A DNA stretch of 64,000 nucleotides from positions 9,488,001 to 9,552,000 of the forward strand of contig NC_045697.1 of assembly GCF_009834535.1 (NCBI RefSeq), read 5' to 3'. The stretch comes from Camelus ferus (lineage: Eukaryota). Positions within the stretch are counted from its first letter, which is position 1, and every line of letters starts with the position of its first letter. The notes beneath the pieces are model-generated. The model saw only the letters and a program-made list of their open reading frames with translations, was not told where the DNA came from and did not search any database. Below are positions 11,345-22,520 of this stretch, one piece after another. The position numbers were made by a program, and so were the translations under genes.

Positions 11345-13585
11345 GACTTCCACTTCTGGGAAGATGGAGTAGATGTAATTTTTCCTATTTCTCCTGCTAA
11401 GTACAATAAAAGCAAAATATTTGTGTTTAAATCTAGCAAAATATGTGTAGAACTTGTATGTTGAAAACTAAAAAGTACTGATGAAATAAATCAAAGAAGT
11501 TTTTATAAATGGAGAGTCACTCTGTGCTCATGGATTAAAAGACAACATAGTAAAAATACCAGTCCTCCCCAAATTGATGCCCAAGTTCAACATAATTCTT
11601 ACCAAGACTTTTTATAGGTACAGACAAGATTATTCTTACCTTTACATGAAATGGCAAAAGAGCTAGAATGGATACATTAATTCTGAAGAAAAAAATAAAA
11701 TAAGATTAGTCACTCTCCTCAAGTTTTCAAGACTTATTATACAGCTACAGCAATCAAGATTGGGTGGTATTTGTGGAGAGACAGGTATATATAGGTCATT
11801 AGAATAGAACAAAGAAAACCAAGAGATAGCCTCTCATAAGTACAGCCAACTGATCTTTAATACTCAGCTTGTAAGACAGACTATTAATATCTTAAATATA
11901 TAAAGAGTAATCACAAAAGAAAGACAAAAAGGCAGTTAAATGGAGGAGGGATAACCTTTTTAACAGGAGGGACAATTGGACATTCATAGGCTTAAAAAAA
12001 AGACCTTTGAACTAAACCTCATACATTTTCAACAACAAAAAAAACCCCAAAACACTCAAAATAGATTATAGGTTTTTAATGTAAGTCATTAAAAAAAAAT
12101 TTTAGAAGTCATTATTAGGGAAAATCTGGGACCTAGGGTTTGGTGAAGAATTCTTAGACATGACATCAAAAGCAGACTACACTTTAAAAAATTAACAAAC
12201 TCGACTTCACAAAATTAGAAATGTTTGCTCTGTGAAACTTCTGTTGAGAGAATAAAATGACAAGCTACAGACTGGAAAAAAATATTTGCAAACTACATAT
12301 CTGACAATGGACTTATATCTAGAATATGTAAATAACTCTCAAAGCTCAACTTTGGAAAACAAACTACCCCAATTAGAAAATGGGCAAAAGACATATCTTC
12401 ATCAAAGAAGATATACAGAAAAATAAGGACATAAAGATGTTCAACATCACTAGCCATTAGGGAAATGCAAATTAAGACCATAGTGAGATACCACTGCACA
12501 CCTACTAGAATAACTGAAATTAAAAATATAGTGACAGTGCCAAGTGCTGGTGAGCATGCATTGAAAGTAGACCTTTCATAAATTTCTGGTGTGAGTGTAA
12601 AATGGTACAATCACTCTTGAAAAGAGCTTACAGTTTCTAAAAATACTAAATGTACACGAACCCTATGATCCAGCAGTTACACACTTGGGCATTTTTCCTA
12701 GAGAATAAAAACTTATATCCAAAGACCTGTACATGATTGTTTATAGCATCTTTGTTTACAATATTTTAAATTCATGTGTTGAAACCCTAATCCTCAGTGT
12801 GATGGTATTTAAAGATACAGCCTTTAGGAAGTAATTAGGTCATAATGGTGGAGCCCTTATGATGATATTATTTCCCTTTTAACAAGAGAGCAGAGATACA
12901 TTTCCTCTCTCTGTTGTATGAGGATTCAGCAAGAAGGCACCCATCTGCAAACTAGGAAGGTAGCTGTCACCAGACATCTCAGATATCATATAGGCTGGCA
13001 CCATATAACTGTGAGAAATAAATTTCTGTTATTTAAGTCATCTAATCTATGGTATTATGTTATAGCAGCCTGAGCAGACCAAAACACCATGAATACTACT
13101 CAGCATTGAAAAGGAGAGAACAATTGATACATGGAACAACTTGGATGAATCTCAAGGTTATTATTCTGAGTGAAAAAATAAAAGCCAATTGTAAGATCAT
13201 ATACTGTATAATTTCCTTTATATAGCATTCTTAAAATGACACAATTATACAAATGGAAAACAGTGGTTGTCAGGGGTTAGGGATCTTAGAGGAGGGGAGG
13301 GGTTAGGGTAGACGTGACTTAATAGAAGTAGCATGATGAAGATCTCTGTGCTGGTGAGATAATTCTGTATCTTGATTTCTGTGGTAGTTATACAAGTCTA
13401 CACATGTGATTAAATGACAAAATTACATGCACATACAGCTCTGATATAAAATTATTGGTTTTGATATTATGTGATAATTATATACGATGTTACCATGGAA
13501 AATCTGGGTGAAGGGTACAGGGGTCTTTTCTGTATTACCTTTGCAACTTCCTATGAATCAGTAATTATTTCAAAATGAAGAGGTT
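11345..13585 (+). mobile_element. L1MC/L1MD-type element: short L1M4-like 5' tip, distal ORF2 and 3'UTR, interrupted by an MLT1A LTR
   Basis: 5' tip 'gacttccacttctgggaagatggagtagatgta'; ORF2 remnant ('attagggaaatgcaaattaagaccatagtgagataccactgcacacc'); 3' end 'ctgggtgaagggtacagggg...gcaacttcctatgaatc'. Confidence 0.85.
12765..13086 (+). mobile_element. MLT1A0-like solo LTR (5'-clipped) inside the L1MC
   Basis: 'aaattcatgtgttgaaaccctaatcctcagtgtgatggtattt...actgtgagaaataaatttctgttatttaag...ttatagcagcctgagcagaccaaaaca'. Confidence 0.85.
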
Positions 13586-13977
13586 ATAATTTTTTTTTGA
13601 ATCTTGACTCATTAGTGCTGAGAATGGCTGGCTGGCTGAACTTGCAGCTCTCATCTTCTTCCAGAAGCTTGCTATGTTTGCTCTATGGAGAGCAGCACCA
13701 TTCTCCTCCAGTAGCCATATTCTCTTCCTACTGTGATTATGAGATAGGTTCTAAAATAACTTTGGAGTGTAGAGTCTTTTATGTTTGGATTCTAAGCCAA
13801 CAGCAAATCTACCATCTTCTCAATGAATGCACCTTCTTATGATAACACCATTAATGAGCCCACTTGGAAGTAACACATAGTGTATAACTGTTCAACTACA
13901 TCAGATCTCATTTTGTATAGATTATACTATAGCTTGATGCCAAAACTCATGTTCTTTTCCTCTTGTGGTTTGGCGTG

Positions 13978-14308
13978 CACTATGGTCTGAATGTTTGCGT
14001 TCTATAAAATTTACATGTTGACACCTACTGCTCACTGTGATAGTATTAGGAGGTGGGGACTTTGGGAGATGATTAGGTCATGAATAGAATTTATTCTTTT
14101 ATTAAAAAGGTCCTCAAGAGCTCTCCCACCCCTTCTGCTGTGTGAGGACATAGTAAGAAGATGGTCATCTTCTATGAACCAGGAAGCAGGTTCTCATCAG
14201 ACACCAAATCTGACATCTCAGCCTCCAGAACTGTGAGAAATAAATGTGCTCTTATAAGCCAGCTAGTTTGTGGTATTTTTGTTATAGCATCCATAATAGA
14301 CTAAGACA
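13978..14308 (+). mobile_element. MLT1A0-like solo LTR
   Basis: 'ctatggtctgaatgtttgcg...ggtggggactttgggagatgattaggtcatga...cagcctccagaactgtgagaaataaatg...gactaagaca'. Confidence 0.88.
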
Positions 14309-14659
14309 TCATGTCATGGTCCTCCTATAAAAATATAAAAATAAATAAAGGAAGCATCTTAGTTTGTAGAAAGGAACATTGAACTGAAAATGAAAACCTT
14401 AAGTTCAAACATTTTTACACCGTTTAACTATATTATTGAAAGCAGGAGATCAACATGTTCGGCATTTTAGAAAAATCATTCTGGAAGTATTTGGGGAAGA
14501 AACTGGAGGGAAGAGACTGAAGACAGAGAAGGAGCTATGAAAAGAGTCCAGAGAAGATAAAAATGGAGCTCCCTTTATCTTTGCTAATGTTGAACTTTCA
14601 GCGTAGAATTTTCTATTCCACCTCAATTTAATTATGTATGTTGAGCAATGGGTCAAACA

Positions 14660-15148
14660 TTGTTGGTTGCCTATCTAACAAGAATACCTGATTTTGTTTT
14701 TTCCCTTCCCCACTGACTCAGAGGCAAATCCTGACTTATTTTTACCCAAACATAGCAATTTTTTTTCCTATCAACAATGATTGATTTGAGGGAAGTCTGT
14801 GACCGAGTTTTAGTCAATGAATTGTAAGGGACAGGTTTGCTGAAGGGTCTTCCATGAAAGTTCCACAACTCTTAGACATAAATGGTAGGAATAAAGACTC
14901 CTTCTTCTTCCACTGAAGGTGACCACGCAGGTTCTGGTCAAGGACAAAGCCGAACTAATGAAGATGGTAAAATTGAAAGATGGAAAGAACCTGGGTATTT
15001 ACTGATGAAATAAAATTGCTGAGACACTGAATGAACATCCTTGAAGGCACACTATCCACAGACATGAGTTAATATATATGACCTACTGTTTATGTCAGTT
15101 AAATTGAGTCTTCTGATAGTTGCAGCCAAAAGCACCATTACTGATATA
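14660..15148 (+). mobile_element. Old MaLR LTR (MLT1J/K-like)
   Basis: 'gaagatggtaaaattgaaagatggaaagaacctgggt' and end 'ttgcagccaaaagcaccattactgatata'. Confidence 0.72.
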
Positions 15149-16035
15149 AAAAATTACCACAAATCAGACACAGTGCTACATGTTAGAAACCAAAGTAAAG
15201 TTGTCATAAGACTTGCCCCTAGGAGATTGTCCTCTTTTGAAAAAGTTCATCCTCTGGGTGCTAAGTGTTAAAATTAATCCTATCCTTCCAGGCTGTGGTC
15301 AAATTTCTCTACATCTTATAAGGTCTATTCACATTGATTTTATTTATTGATGGATTTTTAATACCTCTTTTAAAGCACTTATTCTAGTCTGTCTTGTTTT
15401 ACCAGTGAATAAACACTTCCCTCAGATGGAGGAGAGGGACAACACTATCTGGGAGTAGTGTGTTGCTCTGATTTGATTTGATTTTGAGGTGGGAAATTCA
15501 AATTATACAATCACATATAGCCTATACATAGTCACAGCCTTGCTTGTAACTCTGCTCAGATGATTTAATCTTCTGGCCCTGACCACAGGTCCACAAATAT
15601 CACAAGTAAATATTGAATAGCGGAATGGCTAACTACTCAGTAAACAATTGATATTTCAGTGCTTGTTTCATCCCTTTCTGAGGTCAATGCCACAAGGTCA
15701 TCTTCAAACCATCCCCTTTATGTGTCTGCATGTTTATATGGCACCAGCTCTTTGGTGAATACAAATGAGCACTATGTAGCCTATGATTAAAAATACACAC
15801 TTTATTCTTTTGAGTTCTTAAAGAAAAGGTACACAATCAATGATTCCCTTCTGTTTTGTGCCCAAGCTTACTCCATCACACACAAGTTGATAAGCCTGAA
15901 TTTAAGGAAAACCTTTAGGAGTGTAGCACATTTACTGAGTATAATCATTCCACCCATCAATAGTAAATCCCTGTAATTTGGTTCCCATAGTGAACTTTAA
16001 AGCCTAAAATTATCAAATTAAAATGGAGAACTTTT

Positions 16036-16101
16036 GGGAGGTGAGGGTATAGCTCAAGTGATAGAGTGCATGCTTAGCATGTGTGAGGTCCTGAGTTCAA
16101 T
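16036..16101 (+). mobile_element. tRNA-Ala(AGC)-derived SINE head (camelid Vic-1-like), 3'-truncated and tailless, 16-bp TSD
   Basis: A-box-like 'tagctcaagtgat', anticodon loop TT-AGC-AT and B-box-like 'gagttcaat'; no acceptor 3' strand and no poly(A); TSD aaaatggagaactttt (16020-16035) / aaaatggagaattttt (16102-16117). Confidence 0.88.
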
Positions 16102-17647
16102 AAAATGGAGAATTTTTTGCTCTTTAGATATGGGAACAATTGTATCTTAAATTGGGAGAGCACTTAAATAAAACACTAGGCTAGTAAAGCTATGCAAAGG
16201 TATAGAGAATGGTGGTCTGAATTTTATACCTTTTGTAGCTTTTTAAGCAGAGGTTATGTTGGAGATTTTTGCATCATACAGTCAGTTTACTCATTGTAAA
16301 GAGGAAGGTTTTAGGTTTGGGCAATCTGGTAGATTGTCCTAAGGTGATCAACACCACCAGAAAATCATTGCATTCTCTGTGGTGTTGGTAATCATACATA
16401 GCCCTATACTTAGGAGTCACTTAATTATTTTGCTCCCACAATGACTCCAGTCTTTGAGCTTAAGAATACATAGGGATTTTTTGGCAAAAAGTGTTTTTTT
16501 TATAGCTTCAAAGGTATACCTTCCAATCAATAACTGTAGTTTGAGTCACTCTGCAAAGTGTATGAAACCTATCTGCCGTCTTCAATCTTGCAGTATCTCT
16601 GTGACATCTCCTGCAGCTGAACCAGCACTCAGAGGCCACAGGGGATCAGTGATCAAAGCCTCTGCATCTGAAAGTGTCAAGGTTTCCTCTGCACAAAGCC
16701 CTGGGCCCAGGTTCTTCAAGCTAATTGGATTTTCCCATCTTCCCTCACATCTACTCCAGGAAATAAAATTGATTGGATGATAATAAAACCAAAGAGACAA
16801 TAGAGGAGCAATCAGCCCCTAGCCTTTCTTCTTCCAGCTTAACTCTGGTCCTGTCCTTTGAACTTGATGTATGACCTGGGTCTCCTCGGTTTCCACCCTG
16901 ATTCTCTCTAAATGCTCTGGACAGATGTGCCATTTGATGCTCTCAATCCTGGTTTCGTTAGGTTTGTGAGACTATATCCACCCCTGCTTAAGGACAGAAA
17001 ACATGGAGTAATCCCCCCAAGGGCAATATTTAAATGAAAAGATAATTGGTAAGAAACAAACAAAAAGGACGGGAAATTGCCAAGAATGGAGTTGAAGAGG
17101 CTTCATGCTGATGGCATTGGAGGTCATCTGTGAGACAGTACACTGGGAAGGCTAGTTATGTGAACAGGCTCTAGTAGCATTTAATAGACAGAGGTCAGAA
17201 GAAGCAAGGACTTATTTTTTGCAATATTTGTCTGAATCTCACTTCTTATCTGATTGTCTAGCTTGTCTTCTTCAACAGTGCTCTCATTGCCACTTCCTTG
17301 TCATAAGCCATGTTGTATATTTAAGTGACTTTGGAGATACTTTTCGATGGTAGCCAGATGTCTACATTCTAATCTTTGGAGTGAAAGGACTTGTGGGTCA
17401 GGTTATATAGTTTTTGTATCTGTACACAACCTGTCTACAGATTGTATAGTTTAACCCTATACAGAGCTGGGGTTTGGTACTTGGAGGCCAGACTGGATTA
17501 TAAATCCTACCTAAGGTGGCCTGGAATTAAATGAGTCAGTCAAACAAAGGAATAAAATTTGTTAATTGAACAAATGATCAGTTGGAGGCAAAGTCTTTAG
17601 ACAGCATCACAAAAATCAATGTGAGGGGCCAGTCCAAAGAAGAGCAT

Positions 17648-18480
17648 TGTTTTGGTTACCTACTGCTACAGAAAAACCCACACCAAATTTAGTGGCTTAA
17701 AGCAGTAACAGTCACTTATTTTCCTCATGAGTCAGCAATTTGTGTGGGGCCCATGTGGTAATAAATGGGGGCTGGAGGATCTACTTCAAATATAGCACAT
17801 GCACGTGACTGCTAAGTTAGTGCTAGTGTTACAGGTTAAATCGTCCCCTTCCCCAGGTTCATATGTTGAAATCCTAACCCTCTATACTTCAAAAGGTGGT
17901 GATCTTTTTTGGAAATAGCATATTCACAGAAGTAATCAAGTTAAAACAAAGTCATAAGGGCAGACTCCAGTCCATTATGAGTAGTGTCCTTAGGAGAAGG
18001 GGAAATTTGGACAGAGGAAGTCTATGAAGACACAGGGAGAAAATGGCCATCTACAAAGCAAGAAGAAAGGCCTGCAACAGATGTTTCCCGTATTCAACCC
18101 TGACTCCTTGCTGGTCTCAAGGTCAGATCAACACCTTGATCTCAGTCCCAGACAATGCATTTCTGTTGTTTACGCCACCCACAGCCCAAGAATACTAATA
18201 TAGCTAGTTACTAGTTTCTCTGCAAATGGGCTTCTCCCTGGGGGCACTTGAGCTTCCTCATAGCATGTTGGCTGTGTCCCAAGAATGAGCATTCCAAGAG
18301 CAAGGAAGTAGAAACTCAGTTTCTTCTGGCTTTGGCACAAAAACTGGCATGGTTTCATTTCCTCTGTGTTCTGTTGGTCAAAAATCAAGAGATTCCATTC
18401 AAAGGGAGGGACTATACTCCACCCTTCTGGTTGGAACAAGCATCAAATAATTTTGAGGTCATTTGTAAAAAACCATCTCA
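17648..18480 (-). mobile_element. MaLR solo LTR (MLT1F/G-like), host of a nested MLT1B
   Basis: 'tgttttggttacctactgctacag...aaatttagtggcttaaagcag' resumes after 18207 with 'cttgagcttcctcatagcatg...ttcctctgtgttctgttggtca'. Confidence 0.78.
17827..18202 (+). mobile_element. MLT1B-like solo LTR with perfect 5-bp TSD
   Basis: 'tgttacaggttaaatcgtcccc...gaagacacagggagaaaatggccatctacaaagcaag...actaatata'; TSD gctag at 17822-17826 and 18203-18207. Confidence 0.88.
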
Positions 18481-18534
18481 AGCATTGAGACAGGCAAAGT
18501 CAAGAATGGAGCATCTCTAATATGCCTTGTAAAA

Positions 18535-18775
18535 GGTAACTGTTGCCACTTGTTGGGTACTTACCAGGTCCTAGGCACTGTAGTAAATGCTCCTGTGCTT
18601 TCTCTTACTCTTACTCACCTCATAACCCTATAATATAAATGTTGTTGTTATTATTCCTAGTTCAGAATCAGAAAGATCAAGCAACTTACCCAGGGTCACA
18701 TAGTTAATAATAGTCAGAATTGTCATTTGAAACCAAAATGTCTGACTTCTGAGCCTACACTTTTAGCCACTGCTA
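18535..18775 (-). mobile_element. MIR SINE
   Basis: 'aagcaacttacccagggtcacatagttaata...atttgaaaccaaaatgtctgacttctgagcctacacttttagccactg'. Confidence 0.85.
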
Positions 18776-20099
18776 CACAGCTGCTCGGATCTTCCAGTAT
18801 AAGTGGAATAGGAGTTTCTCTATCAGCGATAACTCTGACCTGAGACCTCCAAACCTGCACCTGCATGTTGCCAAGCTTATCTTCCACAAAAGGTTTAAAA
18901 GGAAAATGCAGCTTGGTTCTTCTCCTTTTATTTTTCCATAAAGAATAAGAATGAAATCTAGCAAGCTGTATAAAACAACCTTAGATTTAAAGAGGACAGA
19001 TATAGGCCAGATGAAAAAGTTCGATACTCCAAGAATAAACTCAAGTGCATCAAGTTTATAGGCACTGGTAGGAGAATAAATCAATTTAACTCTGTATCCC
19101 ATCATTCTTTAAAGGTTTGTAACAAGGTGTACTTTGTTAGATTTTAATCTGCCTACATTTGAGACAGCAAAGCTCTCCACAATTATCTTTTAATGGCGTC
19201 ACAATTTATAGACAGTAACTAATTTCAAACTTCATAGCACTTGGCTTTTATGATTATTTCAAATCATTTAAATGCAAATGAATATCCAGAGAGAGAAAAC
19301 ATCAAATGCCCTTGAGTGGCAACATGTAATAGAACTGTGCACGGAAGCCACCGTAGGAATCTGAAGCGGTTGGATAGGGTTGGATGGTAAGGCTGTATAA
19401 AAGTGTTTGCCTAAATCCAATTTACATTTTATTCCACATTATATTCTATTTACCCATTTTGCCATTTTAATATGACTGACTTATTTAATCCTCCTCTGAA
19501 ATCCCATCCACTCCTCATTGTAAACCTAAGTTTGAGTTAAGAAAAGCAAGGATGGCAATACAACATTCCAAAACAATAATCAAAAGCTCCTAGGTACCTC
19601 TTGCTTCTCTAAACCTCCCTGCAGTTGATGATGTTACTACACGAGGCAGCCTGAAACATCTTTGCATGCATTAAACTATTGCTCTTCTTTCAAACTGAGC
19701 ATGTGTTTGCCTGCTTGATCAAATAATATTTCCCGCACAGAACTGTTAAGCAGCAATATACACATAGCCTTGAGAAGCAAAAGCCTGGCCCCTGTGGGAA
19801 TTCATCCTAGCTTGATAGTTCACACAAGCAGTGGGATTATCACAGCAGAGCCCATTTAGAGGAAGCTGTGAATGCTGATGTGCTCTTCACGGAGGAGGAA
19901 AGACAATACCTCATTACCTCCCTCTACCCGGTGTACACAAAACTCCGGATTGTGCATTGGGAGTATAGGTAGCATATTATCCCTGGTCTCTATGAGTTCA
20001 CAATATAACAGAAGAAGAAGATGCCATTAAATAGCTGCATCTCAAGAGCTACGCAGGACTGCAGGGCCTTAGCCATCCCCCAGTCTGAAAGAATATGGG

Positions 20100-20372
20100 C
20101 ACAGACATAGAAGACAAACTTATGGCTAACAAAGGGGAAAGGTCGTGGGGGAGGGATAAACTGAGCTTCAGGATTAGCAGATACAAACTACTATATACAG
20201 AATAAGTACACAGCAAGGACCTACTGTACAGCACAGGGAACTATAGTCAATAACTTATAATAACCTATAATGAAAAAGAATATATATGCATATGTATGTA
20301 TAACTGAATCACTGTACTGCACACCAGAAACTAACACAACATTGTAAATCAACTATACTTCCATAAGAAAAA
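20100..20372 (+). mobile_element. Artiodactyl-type L1 3' end
   Basis: 'ggattagcagatacaaactactatata...gtataactgaatcactgtactgcacaccagaaactaacacaacattgtaaatcaactatac' plus A tail; TSD-like aagaatatgg / aaaaatatgg. Confidence 0.88.
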
Positions 20373-21924
20373 AAATATGGAGGCAAAGAAGAAGATGGAT
20401 TACGTGGCACATAGTACAGAGGTCATCTTGATTGGGTCCTTATTTTCAGTCCCAGTTTGGGGGTTTTCCCTTCACAATGCTTTTCACATCTAATTTTTAA
20501 CCATTTTTAATGAATGGTCCCCCTTCCAGAGTGGCAGATCCCTACAGACAAGAGTTATATCTGTTCAATGCCATATCTTACAGCTTAGCACAGGGCCCTG
20601 CACAGAGTAAGAACTCCATAAATATTTGTTGACTATAAGCACCAAAATTAATGTTTCTTTTCAGAAATCTTAATCACTATCCTTACAATTGGCTTTTGTG
20701 CCAATCACGTGATTCCCCTGTCCATCCCTCTCCTGCCTGTGCCCGTTCCCCCTTCCCCATGTTTGCCTCTTCTGGTCTTTCTATGTGGACCACAGCCCTC
20801 ACTCTTCCCTGTGTGGTCCTTCAAAGGCTATTTCAGTGATTCACTTTATGAGAATTGGCCTGATAATACTACCTCTAACGCTGTTAATACCTCTGAACTT
20901 GTATAACGTAAGATACTATTTTCATGCCTCTCAGCATAAAACTAGTGTGTTGTGTTTGGCTTCATGAAGTGTCTGTGTGTTTGGGCATGCTCACACATGT
21001 GCATGGATATGTGTGTGTGTGTTTGTGTATGTTCAGCATGAAACTCCTTAGAAGTAAAGACTATTAAATCCTTTGTGTTGTGTTCTCCACTTTGTAGCAC
21101 ATAGTGCCAACTTCAATAAACAGAACATCCAGCCTGACAGGCCTTTCTGGTCACTTGAACACTAGATACTACTCTTCATTTTCTAGAAGAGCTAAATGAC
21201 CATCAGAGCATGAAGTTCCCCACCCAGCATCAAATAGCAGATGGGGAGAGCAGGACCCAATATTCATTCCCCCCAGTTCTAACTGTCACCATTCTTAGAT
21301 GCACAATGATGGCTCATATGAAAGATGAGCATCTGAACCACTCAGAATCCAAAGCTCTTCAACACCAGTCACTCTTCTGATGTGGGCCTCCACTTTCTCA
21401 GCTCCAAAATAGAAAGTCTGAGTTAGGGGACTTTCTAGATCCCCTCACGACCCAGAAACTCCACTTTCCATTTTCTGAGTCAATGATTTCTGCTGCCAAG
21501 GGGAAAAGAATAAAAGATTCTGAATTACAAAGTTGAACATCATGATGTATGACATAATAAATAACCCTCCTAGTACAACATAATTACCTTTTTACATTAA
21601 AGATTGTTTAATGTAAAAGAAATTGTTCCAAAAAATAAACTAGATGGAGAATAAAGTTTGTGGACAGCACATCTAATCTTTTCTAAGGAGCTTAGAATTC
21701 AATTGGATAGATTGACAAGTGACACAAAAATTACAGGAAGAAAGTGAGTCATCCATTCAAGGAACATAAAGTCCATGGGTAGGTTCACTGAGTACCATGT
21801 ACCTGTTTCACAAACCCCATTCGTGATTTTGACAAGAATTTCAAAGGAGCTACCAGGATGTTTGTGAAAGGAGATTAGCTGGAAATTGAAAGTGATTCAT
21901 TTGGGGCCACAGAACATGAATAAT

Positions 21925-22160
21925 GGTATAGAATAACAGCTGAGCACATAGACTTTGGAGTCATCAAGTGCTAAGTTAAATCTGGACCACATAAGTTCCA
22001 TATGCAACCTGGATCAAGTTATTTAACATCCATAAGCTTCAGTACAATCATCTTCAGGCAAAGTTATATAAAATCATTTCCCTCAAGTGCTTTGTGTGTG
22101 GTTTCAGTGGTGTGATTTGTGCAGCTCCCAGGGTATAGCAAGTGCTCAATAAAGTTAATA
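21925..22160 (+). mobile_element. MIR SINE
   Basis: 'gagcacatagactttggagtca...caagttatttaacatccataagcttcag...agtgctcaataaagtta'. Confidence 0.7.
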
Positions 22161-22309
22161 TAACAGGAGATCAATATTTATTAAATTGAATTCACACAGT
22201 TTTAGAAAGGTGTATTGCTGAGACAATTGCCTCAAATCTTTTCTGGATGTTGGAGACGGTAAATAAGCCACAAAGAATGGGGATGGAATGGAATGAGAGA
22301 AGAAAGTTG

Positions 22310-22520
22310 AATAATAATTGTAGCTAATATTTGCAAAGCATTTTAAAAACTCTCTTATGTGATCTTCGCACTAGATATTCTCAGCAGTCCTTGAAGTGAG
22401 CAGAAAAGGGATTGTGATTTGCACTTTAGAGAAGAGGAAATTAGATGGATGGTTGAAATCACCTACTTACAGGGAGGTGGTACTGATTCTAATACCCACA
22501 GATTCTAAGTCCTCAACTCT
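22310..22520 (-). mobile_element. MIR SINE
   Basis: 'aataattgtagctaatatttg...cactttagagaagaggaaatt...cccacagattctaagtcc'. Confidence 0.65.

Noticed and set aside
15169..15197. V(D)J recombination signal (CACAGTG-ctaca...)
   Set aside because: The heptamer is perfect but the nonamer is poor (aaccaaagt) and there is no adjacent V/D/J segment; a heptamer alone is expected by chance.
16036..16101. Functional tRNA-Ala gene
   Set aside because: It lacks the 3' T-stem and acceptor strand, shows CpG decay and is flanked by a TSD.
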